DNA of 64,000 nucleotides from Yuukianura sp. NJ FZ-2021 (Eukaryota): NCBI GenBank assembly GCA_046563655.1, contig CM102285.1, positions 2,852,001 to 2,916,000 of the forward strand, read 5' to 3'. Shown piece by piece: positions 62,650 to 64,000 of this stretch (position 1 is its first letter; each line of letters starts with the position of its first letter). The notes under the pieces were generated by a model. It saw only the letters and a program-made list of their open reading frames with translations, ran no database searches and was not told where the DNA came from. The position numbers and the translations under genes were made by a program.

Positions 62650-62890
62650 TAAACAAGTTGACATGGTTTGTGCCTTGAATAAAATCACTTGCGGTTTTAA
62701 TCGATTAAAAACAAATAAACCGTTGTAAACGAATTACCCCTGGACCATGTGAAGTTCATCTGCGAAGACAGATTGTAATTCGGTCCAGTGGTTGCAGAGT
62801 GATACACGCGCGTAGACAGACAGACGGAAGGACAGACAGACAGACACGGGCAAAAACATAAAGTACCGAATAAATTCGCTACTTAATAAT
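62650..62890. mobile_element. Helentron-associated (DINE-1/HINE-like) non-autonomous element
   Basis: Starts aaacaag; imperfect subterminal IR atggtttgtgcc/ggcaaaaacat; cggtccagtggtt core; (GACA)n microsatellite; terminal hairpin aagtaccgaat-aa-attcgctactt. Confidence 0.6.
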
Positions 62891-64000
62891 TTAAAGTTGA
62901 ATAGACAATAAGCGCTTATCTAAAAGTAGAATCTTATGAAAATTTCAGCAGAGAAAGAAAATATGGAAATTCAGGAAAAATTTAATCAAATGAGCGCGGA
63001 AGTCTTGTGAAACTGACTAATCGTAAGTTTTAATTCAAACGATTAATAATGCAGGTCAATATACGGGAAACCGTCTTAGGAAGGAAATGCGGCAATCATT
63101 ATTCATTGTATAATTTTTGGAGTTTTTTGTAAACTCACAAGCATTTTAATCGATTACGGGAATTATCCGATTAAAAGGAAATACGTATTGATTGTAATGC
63201 AGTGAACCTTGTGTGGATGGATGGTCGGAGTGTAATGATGGACTCTGCGTCCGATGCCCATTTGTGTGTCTGAAAGTGATCAATGGCTGTGGCTGGCTAA
63301 TGTTCTGTGACTTGAAGGACTCCCGCCTCCCCGCCCGTGTCCTCAATCCTTTCCTCTTGCTTTCATTATGACGAGGAAATGCCGCCGCTTGTAGGGTGCG
63401 GCAAAAGCCAAGCACAAGAGGGTGACGCCGGGAATGGGACTCTCCTTTCCGGCGGGAATTTTCATTTCATTTCATTTCATTTATTCTCCTGTTTCTGGCA
63501 GGCTTTTCAGAATAAGTAATAGTGATAGTTTTTTTGAAGTGTAATTAATATTAGTTAATATAATTAGTGTACATGTAGGGAATCTTTAAAAAACGGGCAA
63601 AAAGAGAGCGGGGGAGGAAGTTTCCTAGAATTTATTTATGACTTTCCGCCTGGCATTTTTGGGCAGGCAGAGTTCCCACTCCCGCCGTTTCCAACGTCTG
63701 CACATCGAATCCCTTTTAGCTTCATTTCCTGTGCATAACAGTCTCCAAAAATCCAAATGGAAATTATCACTTTTAATACATAACAGCCTCTTTCATCTCT
63801 CGGCCTTGAAACGACATTTTTTTAAACTTTATCCACAAATTTTGAAAAATACGCTTCGTTTCCATTTTGGCCCAAAAAGAATTTTGTCATAAAATAAAAT
63901 TTTTGTTTAAGAAAATCATCTTTTTGGCATTCTCATCCTCATCAACGACGTCCTAAATGATTCCAAATTTTCGCCAACATTCATAATTCAATTGCTGATA

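Overview
Gene-poor, AT-rich eukaryotic (probably arthropod) genomic window. The dominant feature is a 7,415-bp, apparently very recent Ty1/copia LTR retrotransposon on the minus strand (17731-25145). It has identical 384-bp LTRs, an AAAAG target-site duplication, a tRNA-iMet PBS and a PPT. Two things about it are unusual. First, pol carries two tandem aspartic-protease domains, each with an intact DSG motif. Second, RNase H runs in frame directly into a complete class I fusion-protein-like envelope: signal peptide, dibasic cleavage site, fusion peptide, heptad repeat, Cys-rich ectodomain, TM anchor and short tail. Adding one A at each of two short A-runs gives a single 2,088-aa Gag-PR-PR-IN-RT-RH-Env polyprotein. 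The window also holds a tandem triplet of secreted Cys-rich genes with acidic Tyr-rich, potentially amidated C-termini, two small spliced orphan genes, several MITEs and a Helentron-like non-autonomous element. All calls are by eye; no searches were run.
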